This document shows positions 37,059 to 54,261 of a stretch of 64,000 nt of DNA, piece by piece. A program made the translations under genes and the position numbers. Below the pieces are notes generated by a model. It worked only from the letters and a program-made list of their open reading frames with translations, was not told the origin of the DNA and did no database searches. The DNA is from the human T2T-CHM13v2.0 reference genome, Homo sapiens, in the NCBI RefSeq assembly GCF_009914755.1, contig NC_060925.1; one strand, written 5' to 3'. Numbering within the stretch: the stretch's first letter is position 1; each line of letters starts with the position of its first letter.

Positions 37059-38140
37059 ATAAGTCTTTAGACATACCCCTGAACCTCTCTGACACCCCTG
37101 TTTTCTCATCTGAAAAAATGGATACCAGTTCTGCTAACTTCAAAGGCATGTTTTGCACGTCAAATCTAAAATACACAAAACTCTTAAAAATATTACACAA
37201 CATATAAATGGCAGTTGCTTTTTCAATAATGTATAGTGTATGTCTAAATATGGCCATTGCATTTGGGTACACCAAGGTTTTTGTCCGGTAAACATCACAA
37301 AACAAAAAGTAAACTGATACAAATAGCTATAGAAATGGATAAATATGCTGTCCATATTTAAATACGAGGACTGGACATGAGACAGATGTGCATTTGTCAT
37401 TGAAGAATGCAGTTCCCTGGCGGGGAAGGTGGAACGTGCATAAGATCCCCGTTATAATGTAGCACTTTTCATTGTAATCCTCATAGCAACCTTGTCAGGA
37501 AGATACTTACTGTTCTTGGGCCCGTTTTTCAGATCAGAAAACTGAAGTTTAGAGAGTTTGTGGCAAAATTGTCCAAATTATAAAAGAAATTCCAGTTAGC
37601 ACCGACATCATGCTTGGTGAGTGTTCTCTTCAGTCCAGCACAATCGGACTTTCAGTTAACACTGGTTACAAAACGGGCTGTGTGTCTTTGTCTCCAAAAG
37701 TCCTATGGGCTGTAATGCTAATTTTCTTTTATATGAATTCTTTTGGCTTGGCAGTTTGCTAATATCTGTGTACTATTTCAGCTTCACTTTAATGTACTGT
37801 ATTCACTTTTAGATACATAAGCATAGGCAATCTGGGGTCATTCTAATGGAGCCTACTCAGGACAACCTGAGGCACCTGGACCTAACTCTAATAGCTCTAT
37901 TAATGTTAGGTAGACCAGTTTAATGGAGTGCATTCTCCTAGCAGTTCATTGATTATAAATACTTAGCTTAAGTACCTACGTGTGTCCTAAAAAAACTATT
38001 TGTCCGAATGAAAATCCTGATTTTCAGGAGCAGTGATATGAATTCTGGGCACCTGTGCTTCAGTGACCATGGGTGGAGACTTTCTTGTTTATATGTAGTC
38101 CTCTTATGTTGAAAATTACACAAAAACAAAAAAGTAGTGA

Positions 38141-38383
<243 letters not shown>

Positions 38384-40182
38384 TAACTAGGTCAGAAGCA
38401 CTCTTGTGCTTTGAAAGGGAGAGATTGGCTGCCAATAATTTAGAAAAGATGACTTGGTGCACTCTGTTCCTGCTCTGATGATTATAGTTAAACTTGTAAA
38501 AGCAAACATAATCATGAACATTCTGCTGCTTCCAGTCTGCTGGGACTGAAAGTCCTGCTTACAAGGGTCCGAAGAACTGGTAAATGAAACGTAATGATTA
38601 GTACCCAGGTTTTCTTTTTCCTCGAGCTTCTGCTTTAACCCAAGACACTTGTTTGTCAGCTGTTTTAAAACCTTATAACTTGTGGAGTCCTTACTATTTT
38701 GGAAAAATATTGGTGAACGAGATGGATTTGGATGTCATGAATAATTGAAATAGTTGGTATAAAGGCAAATGAGAAGGGAGGGGAATTTCAGTTTTCAAGA
38801 TCCAGTCATTCAAATGAAAGATAGAGAGAATAAAATTACTGTTAGGTCCTACACCTTTCTGAACAGATGTTTGTTCGATCAACAAAAATTTATTGAGCAT
38901 CCTACTCTGTGCTAGTTACTTTTTGGGGGCTTTGGTGTATATTAGTGAACAAAATAAAAAGGTTCCTGCCCCTGCGGAACTTAATGTTGTAGCAGGGAGA
39001 AGCTGACATTAAACAATAATCCTAAGAAACAAGCCTGTAATATGTTAAAGGTCAAAGTGCTACTGAATAAAAGAAAAAAAAAAAAAGGAAAGAACCAATG
39101 AAAAGAAAATCAACACTCATCCACAGACATGTGTTGCAGTGTGACCCATAAGTTGCACTGTGAAATAGGAATGGTTGGTTTGGCTTTATTGGAAATGTAA
39201 CATTTGAGCAAAGTCTTAAAGGAGGAGAGACAGCTTTGTGAATGTCTTTGGAGAGAGTCTACTTAATAGACCTAACTGCAACTTTACAGGAATTTAGGCA
39301 AGTCTCTCCAGTTTCTTAACCCTCCGTTCTACAACTGATGTGCTATTTAAATAAATGTGTGGGACACAGTGATTCCTTCAATCCTTTGGGTCATACCTAT
39401 TCAGGGTCCCACTGCATTGTTCAGCAATGGTGACTTCAGTACTCGGCACCATGATCTTTTATGTTCAGCCATAAATGTTTATGTGCTGTGAAACCACAGC
39501 AATGCTATTTGGAAATGAAGGGCTGTCTCCACATCATTTGCTGTATTATTAATAAATCAAAATTTCCCAATCAAATTAAAAGCAAGCACTATTTCAGAGT
39601 TTTTGCAAATTGGGTCAATTCAAGCATCTCCATCACTATCTGGTCCTTGCTATCTGCACCTCTCAGGAGAAAAGCGTTGCAGAGGAGAAAATAAAGTCTC
39701 AATGGGTTTGACTTCCTGTGCTTTCAAATTTTTTTTGGCATTTTCATTCTGGGACCCAAGTCTTTGGAGAAAATGTACCCATTTTCAGAGTCTAATCATT
39801 GGGTGTGCCTCCCACCTTCACCGAACTAGGAGCTGCATTGGAAGTACAAGACTGGGCCCACTAATTAATTTGATTTCATTTCCTTCTGAGTTTCAGAAAT
39901 GAAATGGGTTTGTGCCGTTCTTTTTCTCAAAGCACTTCCATTCCTGCTCTTTAGAAATATTTCTTATTTCACATTTCATTTTGCCTTAAGTGCTGCCCGT
40001 GGGTGAGGGTAATTACTATTTAAAAAATAGAGAAAAGTGCATTTCTTGCTGTCTGATTTTCAAAACCAAGAACAATCAAGGAATGGATGGTATTATAGTT
40101 TTTTGGATCAATTACTGGTGCTTTGTGTTTTGTCATCAGAACTGAATGAGGAACTCCATGGTGGAGAAATAGTTATTTCCTT

Positions 40183-40282
40183 ATATGTTTCCTGCAGCCT
40201 GGATTCTTCCAGCTCCCCTCCCCACCCTTTAAATATGTTTCCTGCAGCCTGGATTCTTCCAGCTCCCCTCCCCACCCTTTAA
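40183..40282. repeat. Perfect 50-bp tandem duplication
   Basis: atatgtttcctgcagcctggattcttccagctcccctccccaccctttaa twice. Confidence 0.97.
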
Positions 40283-40861
40283 AGTGTGCCACAGGTCTGT
40301 CAGAACCCCTCCCTTCACTTTTTTCATCCAGTCCAGTGGCTACCCTAGTAATGATTAATTGTAATCAGACATTCTCATTTATGGCAATTATGGTAGACAT
40401 GTTTATTTTCTTTTGCGGAATATCTAGACAAAACGTTTTGAATTTATCTCTGTGCTTCTTGCGTTTCATAGGATGGAAGCAAAAGTGCTGCAAAGGAAGA
40501 CTTCAAAAGCCTGTAACCTCTCTATCAGAATGAGACAGATATCTTAAAGCAGGGTCATATACATGTACTTCTTTTATATCCTCACAGTACCTAGCACAAA
40601 GCTGAATATGTTGGGCACATGATACATATTACCTGATTGAACTAAATGAGAACTATTGTATCTCTCCTGGTTGCTTGATTAAAACAAATTAAGTATAATT
40701 TTTTTGAGAATTATAAATACGTCCCTGAGTGTAAAAATGGGAAAATTAGATTTTTGCTACAACAACATTACTTTGTGTACACAAATTTTAAGAAGGTAGT
40801 TAAAACAATGATGAGTGGAAGGAAAGGAATATATTAAGTATAAGAGTAAAGCAATATGCTA

Positions 40862-41208
<347 letters not shown>

Positions 41209-41215
41209 CTAGAAG

Positions 41216-41246
<31 letters not shown>

Positions 41247-44200
41247 TACACACAAATATATCTACATATATACATATATATACACATATATATACACACA
41301 CATATATATGATATGAAAGTTGAAGGAGGCAGAAAAAAAAGAAAAAAAGAACTGCTTCCTGTTATGTTTATAATCCAATAACAATTGAGCTGTGGTTAGA
41401 GTATATTTTCTTCACTAGTGCAGACCATGTGCTCTCTGGTGTGTGTGTGTAAAATTCACACATACAGGTGTAATTTAGAATTGGAACAACCTGTTTTCGT
41501 GTCTCCATTCCAAAACTTCCTGGCTGTGTCATATTTAGCAAGTCGCTTTACCTTTTGAGGTTCAGTGTCCTCACCTGTCCAGTGGCAACTATGATGTTAT
41601 CTACCAGAGAGAATTGCAGTAGGAATTACAGGAAGTATTCTGTGAAATGCTGACACAAAAATTAGAAGTCATCAAAACTAGGCCAGCGCAAGGGTGACAT
41701 TTATGGAGTCAACAACCCCACGAAGAAAGGACTATTATCCCTCTTTGGCAGATGAGGAACCAAGGCAAAGAAAGATGAAGTGGTTGATTCAAGGTCAAGA
41801 CCCATCTAGTAAGTGGCAGAACAGATGGTCAGATCGAGGCCAACTAGTGCTAGAGTTTGTGTTCTTTACCAACATGCCATACCGTTTATCTGATTAACTC
41901 ACAGATGCTGCAGAGCTTGCCTTCACGCCGGCATTTAATATGGTCTTCATGTGTAATTCCAGTGCATGACAGACTCTATGGAAATTCCAAGCAAAACAAA
42001 TTCATTTCCTTTTTTATTGAGACTAAATGGATATGCTTCTTTTGTGGTTTAGTTAGTTAGTAGTTTGTTTTTGGGGGAATTTTCTATATGGCATTGTAAG
42101 CACATTGTTACAGTAGATTTAAGTTATTCACAAGCAATTTTAATGTGATTGTTGCTTAGTGTTATGAAATTATTTTAATATTAAGAAAAAACTAAAACTA
42201 TGAAAAAATCACTCATAATGCCACCACTTGAATCAACTTTTTGTTGAATTCTCTTCCAATCTTTGGGGGAAAACATGTATCTTAAAAGAGGATTTTTCTC
42301 ATTTTTCTAAATAAAATAACTCGCCTGCCCCAGAGACATATTGACCTGCTATCATGGATTTGTGTGGAATGTGAACTTTCAAACACTGCTAGAAGTGTGT
42401 TTCCATGAAGCACTGTATTGAGGCCATGTTGTTGATATCATGGGAAAAAGTAAATGGTATTACCCCAATACAGCATGCAAAATTCCCCTAAAGGCAGCTT
42501 GGTACTCACTTGTAGGAGATAAATACATTTTTTAATTTAGTTAAAACAAATGCTTCTGATGGCCTGATAAATGAAGGGAAATCAAAGATGTAAGGGGAAA
42601 AACATTAGACACAGCTCTGCAGCCAATAGTGATAAGAGGCATAATTCATCCACCTAATTAATGACTGCCCTTTGCATAGTGCTTTTCACTGTGTACTTTC
42701 ACAGGTAAGCCCCATTACACAGGGTCAGAGAAAGTGCGGGGAAATTTCAGAGGAGGAAGTGCAAGGAGAATAAGATGGGTGTTCTAAGCTGTCCAGATGA
42801 TTCAGCTTCTATAAGGAAGTGCCTTACCCCTAAAGTGAGGATATTTGATTGTACTCTCCTTTGTAAGTTGAGGAAGACACCATTGCTTAAAATCCTTCTA
42901 GGTCAGAGGAACAGTGACAGGCAATTACTAGATGAAACTTTAACTAAACTCGCCACCTTTTTCAGCCTCAGCCAGAAGAAATACAATTCACTCATTATAG
43001 ATTTCCAGGTTTACTTACAGTATTTTCTCAACTGCCCTGTTGAGAAAATGATTACTTCTGAAACAAATGAAAATGTTTATACTGAGTATTTTGAGATTGG
43101 CAAATAGGAATATTAAATATGCCTCAGTCCACAATATCAGGAATGAAGTCCCAACACAAAGGGAACACCAGACAGTGATTTTGTTTCACCTTGAAAGCAT
43201 GTATGTCATGTCTACACATTGCTTTATAGTGACCCTTTGGACAGACAAAGGAATGCAAGACCCCAGGTGTTCCGTAGCCCAATCTTCTGGCTTTTTCTTA
43301 CTAAACACAGCTCACTGTAAATAATGTGGTGAATTTGTCATAGCAGAGAAAAAAGAAAAAGACTAGCCTGGATTTTAAAAAATGAGTGACTATCCAGGAA
43401 ATTGCTCCTTGGAGCTTGAAAAGAGAAGAAAAATAAAATAGCACAGCCTTTCTCTTAAGCCCAGTGGCTCACAAGTTTGCTTAATAAATGTTTGCAGAAT
43501 TGAACTATGTCTGTTCATAGTTCATTCAGAACTAGAGAAACCAAAATAGCCCCACTGCAAAGAGCAGCCCAGGACACCAGTACATTGTATATTGAAATGA
43601 GGATTCAGTGTTTCACTTAACCCTGTAAGTTAGCTATTATGTTTTAATTGCGTCTTTGAATCAAGCATCTACATAAATGTATATTAAATAGCCTTGTTAA
43701 GCAAAAAGGAAATTATGATTATCAGTAATATTAAGCACTTCAAATGTTCTATATAGTCGCAACTTAGTTATGAAAAGAATTATTTCCTATCCAATATTTT
43801 AAAAACTACACACGCACATATGCACACATATATCTATGTATGTATAAAATAATAATGTACTTTGAAGTGGGGTCAGGTTTTAGTATTTGCATATTGTTGC
43901 TAATTAACAGCCACTGTAACATCATCCTAAGGGAAAGGTCTACTGGCAACTTATTATCTTCTATTATTGTGTATCATATTAAAATGACAGGCATCTTATA
44001 ATACACAAGTCATCAAAATTTCAGTGATTAGAATTAAAAGCAATTTAGGTAAAACTGTTTTCTACTTTTTCATGATGAGTGAAATTTATCTAAAGGGGAC
44101 ATCAGTTTAGAGTATTGCTTCAATATCTCCCTTGAATTTAATGACACAAAGATTACATGTAAGAGAGCAAAAAATTAATTTTACTAAGTACATAAAAGAC

Positions 44201-44635
44201 AAGGCCAACTGCTCCTGAAATGAGCACAAACTCTGCATTCAACAATGAAAATATAATTATGTTTGTAATAAAATGTAAGGAAGTTGGAGATCTGAATGTT
44301 GTTTCAAGAATAAATCACCTATCCTTCTTTAGAGCTGTGCAATTTGATAAATATCCTTGAAAGAAATGTTTTCTAAGCCCCCATTTAATAAGCATGTTTG
44401 AGCTTTCAAATTAGCATGTAAATAAATGTATAGTTATAAATTTGTTGGTAAACCAATTGATTTTTTGAGGTCCATCTCACTAAAGGTCTCTCACTAAATA
44501 TATAATCCTATGAAACAGATTCCTTTCCGTTATAGTGTACTACATTTTCACATATGAAATTCTTGTATTTGAACTTATTATTATACACCTGTTAGAACTA
44601 TACACAACAATATTTAATTAACTCCATCTTAATAA

Positions 44636-45316
<681 letters not shown>

Positions 45317-46589
45317 ATCTTAACTAGTGGTATTTACTACAATATACTTTGTATATATTAAGCTACAGCTACAGCGCATTCCGTTGATTCCAAGCTTAAA
45401 TTGTTAATCTTGTCCCATCTATGATTCTTGATAATCATAGAAGTGAGAGGTACCTTATTATCATCACCTAACTTAACTGCCTTACTTAAAGATAAGGACA
45501 CCAAGGGATGGAGATTTATACGTACTTGTCCAAGGCTCTTCGTTTGTAAGAGGCAGCATTGGCTCGGGTCTCTTACCTAGTCTCTGGCTTTTGCCACCAC
45601 TGTTGTACCATCAGGCCTTCCTGCTCTCATTCACTCATCTATCCCATTAGTCTCAGTAAAATTTGTATTATTATTATCTGAAGTAGTTGACTATGTGCAG
45701 TTTTTAAAGAATTTATAGCATAGGCACCTTTTTAAAGTAAGGACTTTCCTTGAAGTAGAAAGTTCCCCTGTAAGAGAACTGGCAAAATGATAGTTGAGAT
45801 GTCACTTTGTGTGCTCTGCAAATAATCCCAATGTGCCCCACAGAGTTCAACAGTGTGTCCTGCCTCCTTCCAGCTCAGGGTTCAGGTTGCCCAGGTACTG
45901 ACCCTTCTTTCACACATTCTGAAACAGAAACCACAGGAGTTCTTACAACACTTGATGTTTAAATTTAGTGCGTAGATGCCAGCACCTGGCTAAAGCAGGT
46001 AGACAGTGCTGTACATGATGCAAGAGCTTTCCTCTAACACACATTAACTGTGGCTTTTTCATGCATAGTTGACTCTATATAAACTGATTGACACCTTTGG
46101 GGGTCATCTTTCCACTGACTCATAATTTTTCTCACTCTTGAAAAAGGTTTCTGTACACCCAGTATTCTCTAGTTAAAGCTGAAAATTCAACTCATCATAT
46201 TTACACAATAAAAAAAATCCATTCTGCCTTGTTTTTAATTGCAAATTCTACTCAAGGGACTAGTTCTCCTGCTTAGGAGGCAGCCCTGTGCCTTCTCCTA
46301 GAGAAGCAAGTGCAGTCAATTATGGTAATGAAATGTCAATAAATATAAAAATTTAATACAGTCTGCTCTGGGTGAGTGGCAGATGAGGACTTGCCTCCCA
46401 GACAAATTTGCTGCTGCTGCAAATATTAAATGCACCTAAAAGAGTATCTGGTTGCCTGAGAGCTCTCCAGTAAAAAAAGGATGGGAGCGTCAGGTACCAA
46501 CTGGGCTTTCCCATTATGCTGTAATCGCAGCAGCAAAGCCAGTGCTATCACTGACAGCCATCCCAACATCTTAACTTGTTATAAATTGA

Positions 46590-46926
<337 letters not shown>

Positions 46927-47577
46927 TAATGAAAAGGGAAATAAGCCTTTTCTTTTTTTGCTTCCAGACAACGGAATTATTCTCCTAAATAAAGTTATTG
47001 CTGTCTTTAGAGAGAAACACATTAATCTGATGTAATCTAATGTAATCATCTGAGAATAGCAGTTTTATGTCATGCTTTTTAGGAAACAGAAAACTAAAGA
47101 ATAATTTATTTGTATTTATTTTAAATTTTTAAATTAACACTTCTGCTATTCTATAAAGAATAATTTAAATGTGATTCTTTCATCATCCACAAACATCCAA
47201 TCTTGAACTATGATTACTTTAAAATGTAGTCTCATAATACAAGTAGAAATATATCTGCCTTTATTTTCCTCATGCACTAGTTAATATTGTATATACATAG
47301 AACACTCTCCTGGATTCACTTTTCATGGACAGTATGTTTTTCTTTCACCTTATTCATGAGAGTTAAAATTTTTTATCTTATGTGATGATGTAATTTCATA
47401 ATATAAAAAAGGCATATATACTTGAAAAATTTAGGTAGCCAAAACCTCTTTCCTACAAAGCTTATCAAAAGTGATTATATTTATCAGACATAGTAATTCT
47501 GATGCATTTTAGAATCATGGAATGTGCCTCAAACTACTTGCCTGGGGAAAATCCCTTCTGTTATCAATCTGTATTGT

Positions 47578-47695
47578 GGCCAGGCATGGTGGCTTGGGCC
47601 TGCAATCCCAGCACTTTGGGAGGCCAAGGCCAGAGGATCACTTCAGCTCAGGAGTTCAAGACCAGTCTGGTCAAATAGTGAGACCCCACATCTCT
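47578..47695 (+). mobile_element. Alu left monomer (FLAM-like)
   Basis: ggccaggcatggtggc...gagaccccacatctcta. Confidence 0.85.
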
Positions 47696-47809
47696 ATTCT
47701 ATTTTAAAAACCTGTATTGCAATCTGATTTTACCCATAGTTCTTATGACTCAGGTGAAATACATATTGCTGATTCTGATAGTCCTTAAAACTGTGATTCT
47801 GTATTGCAG

Positions 47810-47957
47810 GTGGACTATTCCATAATAGCATCACAAGCCGGAGCCACCCTCAACAACCTCATGAGTCATGCACAGGAGTTAGTGGCAAAACTTCGTTCTC
47901 TCCAGTTTGATCAACGAGAGTTCGTATGTCTGAAATTCTTGGTGCTCTTTAGTTTAG
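47810..47957 (+). CDS. NR5A2: NR5A2 LBD internal exon (probably exon 7; about V411-L459 plus first base of the next codon), 148 nt, phase 0/1
   Basis: Acceptor gtattgcag|GTGGAC; donor TTAG|gtaaga. Translates to [55 protein letters not shown] is the human-type (non-rodent) phospholipid-binding segment. Confidence 0.98.
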
Positions 47958-50805
47958 GTAAGAAATCCTTTTCTCATGCTGTGCTCAACCAACAATTGCT
48001 AAATGATGTTGAAGTTCAAATATCTTGTGGTCCATGTATGTTTTTGTTCTATCAATATAATGCCCTTCCTGTCAAATTATGAAATCTTCAAATGTGAATA
48101 TATTTTCATATATATTTCTGCATGATGCATAGCCCTTCAGTGGATACGTTGGGGAATGGAAAATGAGTTATTCAATTGACTCATTCAAATGAGTCCTGGT
48201 TTTTCTTCCATAATATACAGATAAGCAATAACCAAATAAAGCTATGACAAAGGTTTAAAACAGACAGCTTAGGAAAGATGTATGGTATCAAATTTTAGCC
48301 ATCTTTCTCCCATTGGTAATTTCTATGTGCCTTTCGTTTCAACTTGCTATTTACTTCTGTTTTTATTCTTCTAAAATATGAATCGTAATTAAAAACCTGT
48401 ATTTAAATCTCTATCGGGATTAACTAGAGAATGTTTATAACCAGATGCACCACTATGCAAGTACAAAAGATGACAGTTGTCAAGGGGAAAGGATGATTCT
48501 TTAGGAAAGCTTTGGAAAAGAAAGATAACTAAGCAAGACAGATTAGCTAAATCAAGGTTCTCAGTGAGTCAGTTGAGAAAAATCACCACAGCTTGGAATA
48601 AAAAAAGGATTAAGGAGATGGATTTTTATTGACTTCAAAGGAACAGATTTTCCTGTCTGTCCCTTACTTGATTTCTGTATTTTGTTGGCTTAATAAAGCC
48701 AACTTAAATAAACTTTTTGCCAAGTCCATTTATTACTTATTGGCAGACAGCTGAGGGAGGCAACTTCCCTTGAATGAAAAAAATGCAGAAATCAGATTCA
48801 CCAACATATGTTTTTTCTTTAGTCTTCAGTTATAAGATAGTTGTGAATTCATATTCTAAGGAATAAAACAATAAAACAAACTGCAAAGTAAAACAGATGT
48901 GTCTACTCTCCAAATTTGGTACTTTATTTTTAAAATTCTTCTTGACAGGACTGCACAACTGTTGCTAATAAAGGGGTAGTTTGAAGTAATAGAACCAGAG
49001 TTAATTTTTCATGTATAGTCAACATTTAAAATAAAAAGAGCATTTTCATATTTTGGAAAATGTGATAAATACAGCAAAAAGAAATGTTACTGAAAATTTA
49101 AATGGACAACAGAATTTCATGGATGTAACGTTCAAAGGTTTACAATGCCAAGACTGGATCCTGTGTGGTTTCTGTATTAACCACAATAAAAAGGAAAGTT
49201 CTGTTCAAGTAAGTCTGCATCTTTTACCCGAGAACAGTGTTTAGAATGTTAAAAAGGAAGATAGCAAGCATACGCCTGCTTGCTGTAATCGCACAAATTA
49301 TTCTGGTTTATGTTAAGATCTTAGTCTTTTAAACTAGTGCATTTGATCACTAATTAAATGGAAAATGTGGTAATATATGTATAAGAAACTGTATAGCATC
49401 TTAGTGATAAAATATTTACAGGGTCATCTCATTTCAATGGTATTTTAAATTAGTTGAAGAAATGTATTACATTTGAAGATGTACATATTAACCATGAGCC
49501 ATCTTTAGTTTTCAGCACTTTTAACTTTCCTTCATCATCTTCCAAAATTATTATATTCTCTGCTAATACTATAAGGAGGGGGTTGGGCTAGATCTGAGAT
49601 GCTTTCAACTTTTGAACCTCAAAAATTATCTTCCTGAACAACTGGGCCATGTATTTACCAGAACTTTAGTCATACACTCTGATGTTTAATGAGCACTTCG
49701 ATTGTTTCAGGAGCCCAGTACACCAGTGAATAGCTGGCCTAAATGTCCATTAAATCCATGTCTATTTGTTGCTTAAGGAAGAAAGGAAAGCATGGCTTTC
49801 AGATCAGAGGCAAATAGAATTCTGGCCGAGAGTCTATTTTTTTAGAGAAGCAGGAGAAAAGTAACCAGTAGTAAAATTCAAGTAGTTTCTAATTTGTGAG
49901 TGGAAAAACTTTTTACTCTGTAGAAACAGTGGCTAATCAATTTTTTGAATTTCACCTTTATTGAGGTATATAGATAATTAACTTTAGGTGCCTCAGCTAG
50001 CCCCAAATGCTGGTTTTACCTGTGATTAAGGGTGAAATCATACCAGAGTCACTCTTGAAAGTTAAGGCCAAGTCCTAAGCTGGTACCTGCTGTCCCAGAT
50101 GCTCCTCCTGAGCCTCGAGTCCCCTGAGTCTGAAGCCTGCTATATTTTTGTCTCAGCCCAGCCTTGAGACTCTTTGGTCCTGGAGAAAAATGAAGATTCT
50201 GTGGACTAGTCAGAGGCCAGGGTCTGTTCTGAGAGATGACTGCAGCAGTATTCTCCTGTGAGAGATGAAACAGTGTTTTCCAGATAGATTTGGTGAGAGA
50301 AGGTGGGATGTGGTCCCAAGCGGGTGCAGCGTTCCAAGCTAGAAGCACTACCAGTGTGAAAGCTTAAAGGCAAGAGAGAGCAAAATGAGTTTGGGGAACT
50401 GTTAGTTGATGGATACGGCTTGAGGGAAGCAGCAGATGTGGCTGGAGACATAGACAGGAGCCTGGACATGGACATGAAAGCCACAGATGCATTCAACACA
50501 TACTCATTGAGTGCTTACTATGTGTCCAGCACTGAAGAAGGCACTGGGGCTATAGTGGCAAGAAGAAGTAAGTGCCATGGCTTTCATTCTCTAGACAATT
50601 AGGAAGTATAGCAGTGTTCTTAAGGCGACGGGGATGCGGTGAATAACTTAAGTCGATTTGCCTTTCTGGTAGCAGCATGGAAAGTGGACTGGACCAAGAA
50701 CAGTGCTAGAAACCCTGTTTTCAGAAGTTTTATTTTTATTTTACTAATTTTTTTTTTTTTTTTTGCTTTTATTCCTGGCATGCTGTGATTTATTTTTAGA
50801 GGTGG

Positions 50806-51160
<355 letters not shown>

Positions 51161-51655
51161 TAGGTTTCAAGCCACAAGATGTGGCAGAGTTGAGAGGGAA
51201 AAGTCTAGGGTGTGTTTGGGGTTTCTGGATGTCTAGCTGGAATAGAAACATCTACAGGAACAGTAACTGATCAGTTGATTCAAAGCGGGTCCCAATAGCA
51301 GTCATCACTTTCTAATCTAAAAGTCATTCTTCACTAAAGTTTGTTACTGCTGACACAAAAAGCTCATGACAGGACTCAAAAGAAAAGTACAGTGGACTCA
51401 AGTCCTTCTAGTTTGCTCTCTGACGTTTCCCCCCTCAGATTGTATCCATGAGCAGACATCAGTTGGGTAAGCTGGTCAAGAAAGGAAATAAGTAAAAAAT
51501 GCCCTCTCAGCACATTTCTCTGTGTATAACATCATAGATTCTGTAGGCCCAATCTCTGTTAGTTGTTAGTTTTAATGTTTTCTTTACATTTCTAGCACAA
51601 TGCTTGGTACATAGTAGGGACTTACAAAATGTTTACTGATAAAAATAAATAAATG

Positions 51656-51925
51656 GGCCAGGTATGGTGGCTCACACCTGTAATCTCACCACTTTGGAGG
51701 CCAAGGTGAGAGAACTGATTGAGCCCCACGGGTTTGAGACCAGCCTGGGCAACATAGGGAGACCCCATCTCTACAAAATAATTAGCCAGGTGTGGTGGCA
51801 GACACCTGTGGTTTCAGCTACTTGGGAGGATGAGGTGGGAGGATCAGCCAAGATCGTACTACTTCACTCCAGCCTGGGCAACGGATTAAGATCCTGTCTT
51901 AGAAAATTAAAAAATAAAAATAAAC
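51656..51925 (+). mobile_element. AluJ with internal deletion
   Basis: Diverged sense Alu. Confidence 0.85.
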
Positions 51926-52834
51926 AAATAGTTTGAAACTTAAAGCGAAGCCTTTACCGAAGCAACTCGTGATAGGTAATAGGAGGTGGTTTAGCTAAAA
52001 GCCGTATTCAAATACAGGTTATTTTTCAGAGACCACTTTTTCCAAAGAACTCTCTAATAAATAACTCCTCAAAATTAAATTATTTCTGTTATCAGTTTGC
52101 ATTCTCCCAGTTTATGAGAGGAGATGTTTATTCATAAGCTCTTTGGGAAAGCTAACGTGAAGAAAAATTAGAAAGAATATTACTGACTAAAACCAGGTGG
52201 CAAATGCATTTCTGTTCCAAGCAAATGCAAGATGATAGGCTTTCAGCCCATGTTAAGTAATAGTAGTTAAGACAATGTTGTACAATTCTTTCTTGGCATT
52301 GATACAATCCTGTTTCCAGCAAAATGAATGGAGAAAATGTTATATTTGTTCATCATGATAGCTCTTTGCTTCATACTAAACTTCCAAATTTTGAATGTGA
52401 CATTTGATTATACACATCCCAGGTAAGTTTTGTCCTCATGGAGACAAACACCCCAGGGAAGATGGGTTATGGTTGCCTCAGGGAATGACTCAACTGGCCC
52501 AGACAGAAAAGCTACTGCATGCTAAATGTCCTCACCAGCCTGTCACCTGATCCTCATCTGCAGAGAAGCAACGGGCATAATTCAAGAACAAAACTGATTG
52601 AAGAGTTGCTTGTTTCATCCACAGGTTCAGTTCAGGCATTCTGTAGTGTCTAGTCACGATTTCTTTATCTTAAAAAAATTAAGAACATTATCTTAAATTA
52701 TAAAAGGTCATCTAAGCAAGTATTATAATGTCTCAGAATAAACAGTATTGTTTATTAATAAAAAATGTGACTTGAACACAAGTTGAAAGGGATTTTCAAA
52801 ATGGATGGGTAAGACCTTCAGGGCTTGAAAGAAC

Positions 52835-53815
<981 letters not shown>

Positions 53816-54261
53816 TATGAAGGGGATTAGTATAAGTAATGTAGAGACTAAACTGAGTCCCTCCTCTTTGCAAATAAAATAATAAATGAAATTAATTACT
53901 GATGATCAGCATTTAGGTTCTATTTGAAGTTGTAACACTAACAGTGTCAAACACCAAAATGAGCCATAGAAGGAAGTGGTGGTGATGCTTTTCTTCAGTA
54001 ATGTTAATAATAAAATGTCCTCAGGTGAATAAATCACTTAGTTTCTCTCTTACAGAATGAAGAGACCTAAGAGAACATTCTCCTCCAGTTTTGTAATTAA
54101 AAAAACAAAACTAGATGATTTATCCAACATTTTAGGTTCAGATCCAGGTCTAGAACTAATAACCCCAAATGACAGTCAGTACTTTTTCTGATTCAGCCTA
54201 CTTTCCTCTTCGGAGACATTGGATCTCATCAATGAGCATATTAAAAATACTGTGTAAAGAA

